This document shows positions 12,069-22,800 of a stretch of DNA of 64,000 bases, in pieces; position 1 is the first letter of the stretch; each line of letters opens with the position of its first letter. A program made the position numbers and the translations under genes. Origin of the DNA: Blastocladiella emersonii ATCC 22665 (Eukaryota; Fungi; Blastocladiomycota); NCBI GenBank assembly GCA_025594325.1, contig JANHCV010000004.1, positions 186,001-250,000 on the forward strand. Direction: 5' to 3'. The notes under the pieces are model-generated. The model did no database searches. It saw only the letters and a program-made list of their open reading frames with translations, and was not told the origin of the DNA.

Positions 12069-12967
12069 TTATTCATGATACGCCGCTGCTCGCGGCCGCC
12101 ACCGCGCCCATCCAGCCCTCGCGGCCACAGCTCGCCCGTGGCCACCACCGCTGCCGCCACTCCTTGAACTTGATGCACGAGAACCGGCTCTTGAGCTTGG
12201 TCTTGATGCCGCCGACGCGTGGCCGGCTGTGTCGTTGTAATCGACCTTGATCGGGTCGAGCGCGCGCGCTTGATGGCCGCGCGGTGGCTGGCGCCCTTGA
12301 TCACCTTGAGCGACTTGATCTCGAACACGGCGTTGGCGATGACCACAGTCGCGGGCCGTCGCAGCGAGCCGAGCTCGGACTTGTGCGCCGCTGACTGTCG
12401 TTGCCCTGGTGCGGAGGGGCATGGGGTTAGCGAGGCGGTGCGAAGCGGTAGTTGTGCGCAAGAGACGCACCGAGTGGTCATGATGGCCGCGGGCGACTTA
12501 TCCGTGCACGACAGCGAGTCAAGGAACTTGGACTTGTCGATCGCGATGCCAGCGACCTTCAGCTTGATCTATAGCGGGGTAGATGCGAGCGTGTCAGAGA
12601 GGGTCTCGTGGCGCGCGTCTAAGGCCGCGTACCAGATCGAGAACGCACCGCGACCAAGCTTGCACTGGATCTTGCCGTACTCGACCTCGAATGCCTTGGC
12701 GGGTGCGAGGAAGTCGATGGCCATGGTCGGGGCCGTGGTTGACGTTGCTCGAAAGCTTGACGGCCGTCGCGGACGCGTCCTTGGTGACCATGGCGGTGCA
12801 GTTGGTGATTGAGTCGATCTCGGCCTTGAAGACACCATGGGCACGCGGGCGACGGCGGCCACAATGTCCGGGCGGCGCAGACGCCCACAGCGAGTGAGAA
12901 AGCGTACCGCATCGCGGAGCAGCTTGGCGGCCAGGCCAACAAGCCCAAGCACGTCATGGTCCTTCAC
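12069..12967 (-). pseudogene. Frameshifted spliced gene remnant, product unknown
   Basis: Canonical introns (e.g. GTGCGT...GCTAAC...CAG at 12470-12406) and coding-biased segments (VVIANAVFEIKSLKVIK; AIDFLAPAKAFEVEYGKIQ) lie in incompatible frames. Confidence 0.45.
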
Positions 12968-13160
12968 AATGAAGTTGTGTCACGCGCGCGTTTGGCACGT
13001 GCGCTGTGACGTCTTGGATTGTTGAGCCGCCGCTCGCTCGCACTCTGTTCCCGCTCCCTGCTGTTTAACCACATACATCCTTGTTCGCTAGTCATTGTGT
13101 ATTCGGCCCTCCCTGGGCGCTCTGTTACACTTCGAACAGCCTACCCGGTTGGCTCTCACC

Positions 13161-13502
13161 ATGAGCTACTTGAACAAGGCCGCTCAACAGATCGTTGGCG
13201 ACTGCCCCGTGCTTGCAGACCTCACGCCCGCGCACGTCGAGTTCATGCAGCAGTCGCTCGTGCAGAAGAACCTCAACCCCGTCCAGGCCGTGTGCATCCT
13301 GGCGATGCAGGTTGGCAACCTCAAGTCAGAGCTGCAGCAGCAGCAGGCGACTGTCGTTGAGACGGCGGCGCAGTACAATCAGATCCAGCAACAACTCGCG
13401 GTGACGCAGCAGCAGGCGCAGGCGGCTGAGAAGGCTTGCACCAAGGCGGTGCCTGGGCGCTCTGTTACAATTTGCCTTGTCTGTCAACACCAACGACCTT
13501 GA
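13161..13502 (+). CDS. Coiled-coil hypothetical protein (ORF-A), probably 3'-truncated; paralogue of ORF-B at 13863
   Basis: ctcaccATG at 13161. Q-rich heptads; the segment NLNPVQAVCILAMQVGNLKSELQQQQATVV aligns with NMNPMERLAALDNYCVQLKGALDHQQGELV of ORF-B. Confidence 0.55.
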   Translation: MSYLNKAAQQIVGDCPVLADLTPAHVEFMQQSLVQKNLNPVQAVCILAMQVGNLKSELQQQQATVVETAAQYNQIQQQLAVTQQQAQAAEKACTKAVPGRSVTICLVCQHQRP

Positions 13503-13862
13503 GACTGCACGGCGGGAAACGCAAAAGACGGTCAAAGACGGGAGGCCGGCGGGCTTGCCCCTCCCATATTGCGAGGGGTGCCTAGCTCGTGGAAGGTCCG
13601 TGGAAGCCGCCTTGGTGGCTGGAATCGGCTCGCGGACGCCACCATTCATGAGCAATGCCTCGTTCCGACGGCGGATTTCGTCACCGCGGCACCAGTTCAT
13701 GAGCTCGTTGCTAATTTTGCTGGCCGGGGTAGCCCGACCGCTGACCCAGAAGCTCGGCTTGGGGACTTGGGCGCCGCCGCGCCGTCTCCCCTTCGTCCCT
13801 TGCCCTGGTTGCGCACTCTTCCCCACATTCAACCCTCCTGTACAGCCCACGACTTAATCACC

Positions 13863-14470
13863 ATGTCGAACAACAACATGAACCCGATGGAGCGCCTTGC
13901 AGCCTTGGACAATTACTGCGTGCAGCTTAAGGGAGCGTTGGACCATCAGCAGGGCGAACTCGTCCAGCTGCGCAAGTATCTCGCACCTATCGCTGAACTG
14001 GACCCCAACGGCGACATCTTGCGTCAGCTTGTGTTCGATGCGCAGGAGAACCCGCTATGGGACGGGCTCAAAACCGCTCAGGCGGCGGCTGTCACGGCTC
14101 AGCGCAAGGTGCGCTCTGAGGCCCAAAAGAAGAAGGAGACGGACCCTGGCCGTGCAGTACGTGAGGCTCAACAGCAGGTACTCCATAGGAAGCAAGCTAA
14201 TCATGACCGTGTAGGCGTACGTTCGCGCCATGACCAACACCTGGGTCGTCGTAGTCAACACTACGCGAAAAGGACAAACTGCTCACGCAGGTTAAGAAAC
14301 GGCACTCGGACCGCGCGGTCAAGTGCGCTACCTGGGTGTTCAACATGTGCGCCATGCATCACAACTACACGATCGGCAATCAAGTGTACGACGACCACAG
14401 CAAGCTCCTTGCAAGCATCCGCAAGCAAGTTGTGGACTCGATTTTCGCCGCCCCGCGCAACGCGTCATGA
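13863..14470 (+). CDS. Transposon-associated hypothetical coiled-coil protein (ORF-B), spliced
   Basis: atcaccATG at 13863. Intron 14157-14290 (or two introns around a 2-nt microexon at 14215-14216) joins MSNNNMNPMERL...GRA to VKKRHSDRAVKCATW...RNAS* in frame. Convergent with the transposase. Confidence 0.6.
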
Positions 14471-14709
14471 GCCCAGCGCCGTCGAAAGTTGATCGATAAT
14501 TATATATTGTTTGATTTCCGCAAAGCATTCAGCTCTTTCGTAAGGTGAGACAACTTTGAGCTCAGTCGCGCCAACGCGTCAAGGGCGCAGATCAGGCGTC
14601 ACGTGATATCAAAACGCGTCTCACGCGTGAGACATCGGAGAACCGCGGTCCCTCCGCTCTCGCCAGGAAACCGATGGATTGGCGAGGGTCAAAACTGGAT
14701 GAGATACAT

Positions 14710-17700
14710 TTACTTCCACATGTAGAACTCGTAGTGAAGTTTGGGAAGGGGAATGGTGGAAAGACAAACAACGTGGCCCTGCGCACGCTCCTCGCGGACA
14801 ACGGCGCGGGCCTCGATGGTGTACATGGGCAAGACGTGTAACACGGGGTCTTTCCTGATCGTCGCGTGGAAGCCCGCCCGCAGCCCGCACGAGTTGGCGT
14901 AGGTCGGGTGGTACTGGTCGGGATCTTGCGGCGAGTAGAGCTCCACAAGCGCAAGATAGTGGTCGCGGCCAAGCAGCCTACGAGGAGCGTGAGGTCAATC
15001 GGTGGGCGGAAATCTTTTGGCGCTTCGGCGCGAGGTTGAGCGTACGTGCGGATGAAAAAGTAGTGAACACGCGCGAGCGATATGCTCATTTCGTTGTTGC
15101 CGGGAAAGCGGACGTAAACCCAGCTGTTGCGGGCTGTGCGAGTATCGCACGCCGACAGGGTCACGCCTCGAAATTTCGCCAGGCGGAACCAGCGCGCAGT
15201 CGCAGTTTCGAGAATCGGGTCGTCGACCTCGTTGGCGTACAAGTCCGAGTAATGGTAGCGGATCAGGGCGTCCAGATCGCGTGTCGCGGACGGGTGCGGC
15301 GACGAGTACGGGCACTCCCTCGAGAGGATGATCGAGTCCATGCACGCACCCGAGTACGGCGAGACCGTGTCACGTCCCGTTGAACCGCTCGTACGCGAAG
15401 CACCACGTCTGCTGCGGCGGGCCGTAGTTGCGGATGTCGTCGAAGATGTGCGTCGCGTTGTGCGCGTTGATGGTGAAGAGCTTGGGTATGTTCTTATCCA
15501 GAAACGCGTAGTCGAGGAACGCAAAGTACTCGCGCTTGTCGTAGTCGAGCTTGGCGTCCGTGATCATGGGCTGCGTGATGGTGCGCGCGAACTCGACGAA
15601 ATGTGCCCAGCCGCGGCGGTGCACCTCGGGCATGGCGACCTTGGCGAACAGGTGGTTGCTGAGGTGCGTTATAAAGTTGCGCAGCTCGTACGCCTTGAAG
15701 GTTGAGAAGCCCAACTTGAAGCCCGCTGGAAGCCGCCCAATCTCGGCCGGGATCGTAATCTTCTTCATCTCCTTCTCCATCTGCTCGAGCATGTTGGGCT
15801 GGAGAATGATGTCCTTCTTCTTGACTGCGGCACGCGACGCCTTGTCAGTCAGACAGGTGCCGTTGGTGTAGAACGTGAGCGCGCGCCGCCCGATTCCTAG
15901 ACGCGTTGCGTGAGAACGTTATTAGTGAGGTGAGCGAGCAAATGCCCACAGCGCAGCCCCGTACCCAGATACACGCAGTGCATCACGTCCGTGACGGCGT
16001 GTTTTCCGACCTTGAGGTACGGCAGACGCAGGAGCGACGAGTAGCGAACGCCGTGCGTCTTGGTGATGTTGTTGCGCTCCGTGATCGTCTTGGCGTTGAG
16101 CCACTCCTCGGCGTAGTGTCGATGTTCTGCGTCGGTGCGAGGCTCGCACGCCTCGTCGTGGCGGCCCGTGTACCCATGCTCCATGTTGCGCTTGCACCGA
16201 GTGCACGCGGCATGGCCCTCGTGCCCAATGAAGCCACACAGCTTGCGCATCGCGGGCTGGTCGGCCGAGATGAGGATGAGCGCGACGCGCAGGCGGTACA
16301 TGCGCTTCACGCCGTTGTGGGTAAGCTCAACGAGGTGGCCGTTGTAGTACAGGTCGAGGAGCTGACACACAATGATCTCGATGTAATGGTCGAGTTGTTT
16401 GAGCTTCGGTTCGCGTGGACCGGGCAGGAGGGCGAGCAGGATGCGGTACGCGATCTTCTCACGCACGGCGAGCGGCAGGTTGAGGAGCGTGAAGTAGATG
16501 CCGCCGATCGAGTAGTGCTTGTGGATCTCGAACCAGTCGATGTTCGAGCCGAGAGCGACGCGCACCTCGATGGCGTTGTCCGGGTCGCCCGGTTTGGGCT
16601 CCGTAAACGAGCGGAAGAATGGCTGGGTTGGATCGAGGGGGCACCGAATGTCGTTGTTCCACACCGCGCCGTGGTACAGGTGCGAGTGGAAGTCTGGCTC
16701 CTCGCGAAGGTTGCAGTCGTATTCGCAGAACGGGTTGTTGCCGCGCGACTTCTCGCTGAGGTCGGCCGAGTTGTTGGTGTAGTCGAGTACGCCGTCGCGC
16801 GCGTAGAGGTCCCCGAGCACCTGGGCCAAACTGGCGACTGGGTACGGGGCGACTGGTACGCCGTCGGACACGACGAGCTCGCCACACGGCTGCGTCTTGC
16901 GGAACGCCGTGTTCTTGCAGTACAGCGTGTCCTTGGGCCCAAAGTCGTCTGGCGCGAGCACCTCGTGGCACTTTGGACACGCGGCGAAGATGACGGGCTT
17001 GATGTCAAACCCGGTGTTCTCGCTCATCGACTTCCACAACAAGTGCAGCTTGTGGTCGTCAAACTTGTCCGATGGCTTGGGGATCCACTCGGGCTGGCAG
17101 GGAGCCTCGGAAACGATCTCCTGCACGTCTTGTTCAGGCAGCCTGCGGCGCAGCGCGTCGAGGAGGGCGCGCCTGCGTACGAGCCTGTCCCAGTGACGCC
17201 GCAGCGTGCGGTTGTACCCCAAAATGTTGCCCTCGATGGCGGCGCGCGGGAACTTGCGGACGACGGCGTCGACGCAGACCTTGATGGCCTCAGCGCAAGA
17301 AAACGGCTGATACCCGAACAGCTTGTCCACTCGAGCTGCAAGCGACATGTGAGCGACAGCTTCTACACGCGAGAATCGTTGAATCGTGGGCGGTGCATAT
17401 CACGAATAACGCGAACAAGTCGAGACGTACGAGGGCCGGTGAAAATGCCGCGCATCTTCTCGTACAGCGCCAGGAACGCCTCCTCGCGTTCAGCGTGCAG
17501 ATTGTCGGCCTCGAGCTTGAGCTCGGGCTCGCCGCGGTCGCGCGCGTTGTCCGCGTTGCCAACGCGCGTGTCGTCCGCGTCACGGGCGCGCGCGTCGTCC
17601 GCGTCGCGTTCGAGTGGGTCTTCCACGTCGCAGTCGCGTGGATCGTCCACCTCGCGCCTGCCGAGCAGCGTGAACAGCTCGCCGTGGAGCTCGATGTCCT

Positions 17701-18556
17701 CGCGGCGCGACTCGTCACCGTCGTGGTCGTCATTGTGAACCGCCGCAGCAGTCCCACTGCCGCCCTCGAGGTCAGACGATGGCGACGGGGGTCGAGAACC
17801 AGTTGAGTCGCTTGGGCGACGCGCGGCGAGAAGGACCGCGGACCGAGCCGCGACACGGGCGTGGATCCAGCCCATGACGATGGCCTGCGTCGCTTCGAGC
17901 GGTCCCTCATTACCGCACAAGCGATAGGGAAGGCGCGTCTCGCGGACAAGCTGACGAAGCGCGGCAGGAGGAGCCCGACGGGACGTCGGCGGATGGTCGG
18001 GCGCAGACTCGGACGCAGAAACGGGCGCATCGAGTTCTCGTGGGTCGAGCGGGCCACTGTCCTCGAGATTGACGCCCACAGCCGAACCAGGCCCGGAACT
18101 GCCGCCAGTCACGGGCCCAGGTGCCAGCTTCTGCGCATTGGCCAACTTTTTAAGTCTTTGGCGCTCGAGGATGATGGCGCGGATCTCCTCAGCGGTGGGG
18201 AGCGGCTGCCCGAGATGGTCCAGGTTGTTGTAGCGGTTCTGGAAAGTTTGGATGGTTCAAGCCCAAGTGCCGCTGCCCTTCATTCGACGGAATCGTGTCT
18301 CGTCGTAGAGGTAAATGAGCGCCTCGCACGCGCCAGGATGCGTCATGTGGACCGGATCCACGCGGTGCTTCTTGGCGGTCTGCGTAGTGACGACAAGTCC
18401 GCTAGGGCCAGCTTCTGCAACGCAGATCGAGCATGTGCAGGCCTCTTGATCTTCCACAGCTTGCCCGTGCTTGAAGTTTTGACGGAGGCGCTTCGGAGGA
18501 AACGGTTCGTGCCGCGTCGACTGAAGCGTCGCGGATCGGTCGGCGGGCGGGCTCAT
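14710..18556 (-). CDS. CACTA/EnSpm (CMC superfamily, Tnp2/Transposase_21-like) DDE transposase, multi-exon; one junction possibly frameshifted
   Basis: Motifs IDWF, LPGPREPK, ADQPAMRKLCG, CTRC, DVMHCVYLG, EIGRLP, KAYELR, TINAHNATHI and YGPPQQTWCFAYERFNG; N-terminal CTCSIC...KKH. Introns 18361-18239, 17430-17363 and 15964-15897 and one near 15047-14980 restore frame. The junction after ERFNG (15373-15319) is a weak intron or a frameshift. Confidence 0.9.
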
Positions 18557-18839
18557 GGTGAAGGCACGGCGACACGGCGACAAGTTTTCGTTGCGGATAA
18601 CGTCCGAATAGCTTACTTCTTGCTGTATGACGGTGATCACGCATGGTTGCAAGTGGTCGCGCACCCTGGGACTGCGCGACACCCGCGGCGCGTGACGCGT
18701 CAACGCGTCTCGCGGAGCACGTGCCAGGTGCGGGCTGCGCACTGCGGCTTGTTGGAGCCGAGGCACCAGCCCCACCGTCGCCGCCGACTATAAAGTCCGC
18801 CGGCTCCCCGCCTCCCTCCCTCTCTTGTTCACCACTTGC

Positions 18840-19511
18840 TGCAACAAGCGTTTTCCCTCGCCCACCATGTATTGCTGCCGCTCAAATTGAACGCGGACCA
18901 CCTCGGTATCATGCATGTACTTCCCTTGTTGCCTGCGGCCGTACCTTTGTCGATCCTCGACCTGACCCAGGTTTGTCGTCACATACAGCCCCGCTGTGCG
19001 CCGACGGCTCCAGCATGGTCATCTTCCGCCACAAGTACCGTTGAGGCGTCCGCGCAAGGTACGCTGCGCGCACGTTAGGCGACTCGCCGCTCGGCGCTGA
19101 CTCTGCCCCGCGACAGGTTATCTGCAGCTTGCTCAACTCGCGATTTCGTCGCACGAACATGCCAGGTTTGCCAAGCGCTGGTATGGAGTGATGTTCCCGT
19201 GACTAGATACCGTGTCCACGAACTCACGCCGTGCGTCCTGTTGCCCCATGTAGCCCAACTCGCGCCTTGTCAAGGTCCAGCTGATCTCGTATAGGATGGT
19301 ACGTGCATCCCATGCCAGTCCCACCCTCTCCCACTTGACTCCTGTGCTAACCGACTCCCCTTCTCGCCGCTCTGCCCACAGATACCCGCGCGACTTTGTG
19401 CAACTGCACCAAGCTCGTCAAGTTGATGGCGAGGGCGGCTCGCGGCCATGGCGATGGCCACCGTTGCTGGTCAGCCCATGCTTAGGTGCTGGGGGTGGTC
19501 GTGCGTCCTGA
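18840..19511 (+). pseudogene. Spliced gene remnant divergent from the transposase, with in-frame stops
   Basis: Two clear introns (GTACGC...GCTGAC...CAG near 19039-19097; GTACGT...GCTAAC...CAG near 19299-19381) with stop-interrupted exon sequence. TATAAA at about 18789. Confidence 0.4.
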
Positions 19512-19879
19512 TGCAGCAGTTCTGGTCAGGCTCCCTGTCCTGAATGTAATAAACTAGTATTCAATTTATCTGCAGTATTCGCATCAGTGAGAGCATCAGT
19601 GCTGGTATAATTAGTGCCGTGCTGCGTGGCTGCGCGCGGCCCAGACCGCTGAGCTGGTCCAGTTATAATAAATTGTGGCGCGCTAAGCCTTACCGCGGCG
19701 ATCTGATCGAATCAATCCGCAGCCGTTCAAGCCTGCGCCTCACTTCAGATTCACGCCACAACGCCACGTCGCTCAAGCCGCGGAAGCTTCCTTCTCAGCC
19801 CAGCCGCCCAGGGCTCAAGCCCAGGAATAACTGTTTTTGACCGTCTTTTTGCACTGCGCGCCGCTCAAAGACGGCTGTG

Positions 19880-22800
19880 GCTTCCCTCCATGCTGCGCTT
19901 GGTGTGGTTATGCTGTTCCACCCCAGCACTGTCATTGCCTTGCCCCTCACCTACGTCAACCATGGCCTTGTCCACCCAGCCACTGCCAACGTGACCATTA
20001 CCATGGGCGGCGATGGCAAACCCGCCTTCACTGACGCCTAGGTCATCACCATAGCCACAGTCCATGACCTTGGCAAGTCGCTGCGCAACAACAAGCAGAA
20101 GTCGACCGCGACCATTTTGGAGCTCAAGCTGTAGACCAACGATTCCAAGACCATCATCCAGGCCCTCAAGGACCAGATCGCCATGAAGGAGACCGCCCTT
20201 GGCAAGGTGGCCGCAGAGCGCAACACCCACACAGCCAACCTGGCCATTGCCATTGGCAAGAAGGAGAACCTTGACTCCAAGATCCAGTCGCTCCAGACCC
20301 AGCTCGCCGACCAGGAGAGAACTATTGCCCAGAAGAACAAGCTCCTTGTCTTGTACCTCACGGGCCAAAACTTGGGCCAGAACTTGGGCCAGAACACGGA
20401 CCAGGCCCCTAACCAACCATCATTTTCAACTCCACTGGTGTAACTGCCAGCATGAGCCTCCTCCCACAAACCCCGCCAACCATTGACCACAACGTGGACT
20501 TCTGGAACTCAGACTTTGGTTTGAGAACTTCCTGACCAGCAAGCTGCGCAACCAGATTGTTTGCCAGCAGTTTGAGCTGTTCCTTGACAAGACCTGCTCA
20601 AGCTCACTGCGACCTACGGCTTGGAGCGCAAGATGGTGCTGGCCCTCACCCGTTTGTGATCAAGGACGCCCTCTACATCCCCAACCTTGCCTTCCTGCTC
20701 CTTGCGCTGCTCCCGCTGGTGGGCCCAGGTACTGGCATGGGCGTCAAGATGTTTGACAGCAAGGTGCACCTCACCATCCCCAAGTTGGACCTGCACACCA
20801 ACACCATTGAGGAGCACATCATCCTGTTCATGACCAACAAGGGTATCCCAATCCTCAACGCCATGATTGGTTCAACCCCAACCAACGTGTCCGCCCTGTT
20901 CATGACCCACGGCCTGGACCCAGCTGATAGTGACACCATCACATCCCGCTCTTTGACTTGTCCATTGGCGTGTACTTGGGCGGTTTTGCAAGCACCCAAT
21001 CCACACGTTTGATGGCAACCAGCTTGTGCCAACCACCCACAACCCACCTCCTGTTGACCTTGTCACGGCCATGTCTGTTGCTGCAACCACGCTCAACAGG
21101 CTCCACAACAACCAGCCCAACATGGCCAATGCGGCTGGGCTGGCCCTGATGATGTGTGCGGCATCCATTGCCAAGACAACTGCGGCCACCGTCAGGGGAG
21201 CCACCTTGCTGGCCACTGTTGGGGGAGCCCTGCCAACAGAAGTTTTTTTGTTCTTTGGTCCCGCGTGCACTCTTCTTGCTATGGCAGGGGGAGCGCCCTA
21301 ACCAGCAGCTCTGCCACCACCGCCTTCTTCATTGCCCAAGGTATTGACACCATCAACATTGAAACTGGTGGCATCTTTGGCTTTGCCAACGCCACTGCCA
21401 GAACTGCTTGGCTTGAAACTACGCCACCACAAGCTGCCTGCACGCACGCCAAGATTGAGATGGTCATCACCTTGCTTGGCGCTCACTGCCGGCTTGGGCA
21501 CATTGGGCACAAGGCCCTGTCCAAGATCTTTGCGTGCCCCAAGTACAGCCTTGTCAAGGATACAGCCAACCAGCACACGATCCAGGAGTACCTTGACCAC
21601 ATGTGCATTGCCTGCTCATGCTCCAAGGCCAAGTTTGTGACGCGCTTCCCATTGGACTCTGAGTCCACGGAGCCGCTCAAGCTGCTCCAGGCGGACATCA
21701 ATGTGCTCCACTTGGTCCCCAACCTGCACGGGTACAAGTACTACCTTGCAACTTCTCCAAGGGGTTGTGGATTGTCCTGCTCAAGAACCGTGCAGACGCC
21801 GCCACCAAGCTCTGCATCCTCATTGCGCAACTCAAACGCGCGACCAAGCACCAGCTGCGCTGTCTATGTGTTGATGGCAAGGGCGCCTTCACCTCAGCCG
21901 CCTTCATGAAGTATTGCCGCAACGGCGGCATCATGCTCAAGAAGACGGCGCGTGGCAACCACAGCGGCAACGGGTCAGCCAAACGGTTCCTGTGCACCAT
22001 GAACAAGCGCGTCTGTGTCTTCCTCATGCACGTTGACCCGTGCATCCTTGGCTACTCGATTGACTGGGTCAAGCGCCTGTGGTATTACGCAGCGCGTCAC
22101 GCTGCCTACATCTGTTTCTGGATGCCGCGTTGCGATCTCGGCTGGAAGTTGCCATACAAGATCTTCCTTGGCAAGAAGTTGTGCCTTGCCAACATCTGCC
22201 CGTTTGGTGTCACAGCCCTTGTGGCGCTGCGCCACGGCACGCACACCCATAAGCTTGAGCCAGGGTTCCGCCCGCACATCTTCCTCAGCCACTCAGACAA
22301 GGACAGCAACATCCACATCCTGCTCAACGTTGCCACCATGGAGATCATCACATCGCGCAACGCCATCCTTGACGAGGCTGGCCTGCTCCGCCGAGTCACC
22401 TCAAGCCACAAGGACTTTGTGTGCATGATGAAGAACAACAAAACGGAGTTCATGCTCAACGCCGGCGAGCTGAACGATGGTAAGGACGCCAACTACGTGG
22501 AGCCCTTGTCCTCGCGCACTGCTGCAACAACCTCCAGCTCGCCCTTGCCAACCATGACAACCCGCAGTATGGCGCAGGCCGCCGCCAAAAAGGACCGTGC
22601 GGTTGCCCTCGCCTCAATCCTTGGCAAGCCCAAGAACCGCGCCAAGTTGCGCTGCGCGCTGTGGGCCAAGCGGCTGGAGCAACAACATGCTGCTTGCCAA
22701 GTCAAGAAGCTCAACATTGAGATCAAGGCCCACACCATTGCACTTCTCGCCCACTCCGCTGTCCCCCCTGATCCAGCGCCACAAACACCATCACAATGCA

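Larger units (their letters stand above)
13488..19879. mobile_element. Candidate CACTA/EnSpm (CMC) DNA transposon, ~6.4 kb, with diverged CAC...GTG termini
   Basis: Encloses a Tnp2-type transposase. Exact 14-bp inverted match AAAAGACGGTCAAA (13523-13536) / TTTGACCGTCTTTT (19836-19849). Both ends read CAC-N8-TTGAG, and the AAAGACGG motif occurs twice at each end. No target-site duplication was found. Confidence 0.5.

Noticed and set aside
12600-12680. KLGRGAFSIWYAA as a protein-kinase Gly-rich loop
   Set aside because: The second half overlaps a clear GTACGC...CTGAC...TAG intron, and no VAIK, HRD or DFG motifs were found.
18300-18430. Hairpin or special site at the symmetry centre of the palindrome (18367)
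   Set aside because: The centre falls at the first exon/intron edge of the transposase with no local symmetry, so this is not a simple foldback at a hairpin.
19640-19915. 5' LTR and primer-binding site (GGTTATG at about 19906) of the copia element
   Set aside because: The upstream DNA shows no similarity to the putative 3' LTR (24561-24830) and there is no CA before the motif; treated as a 5' truncation.
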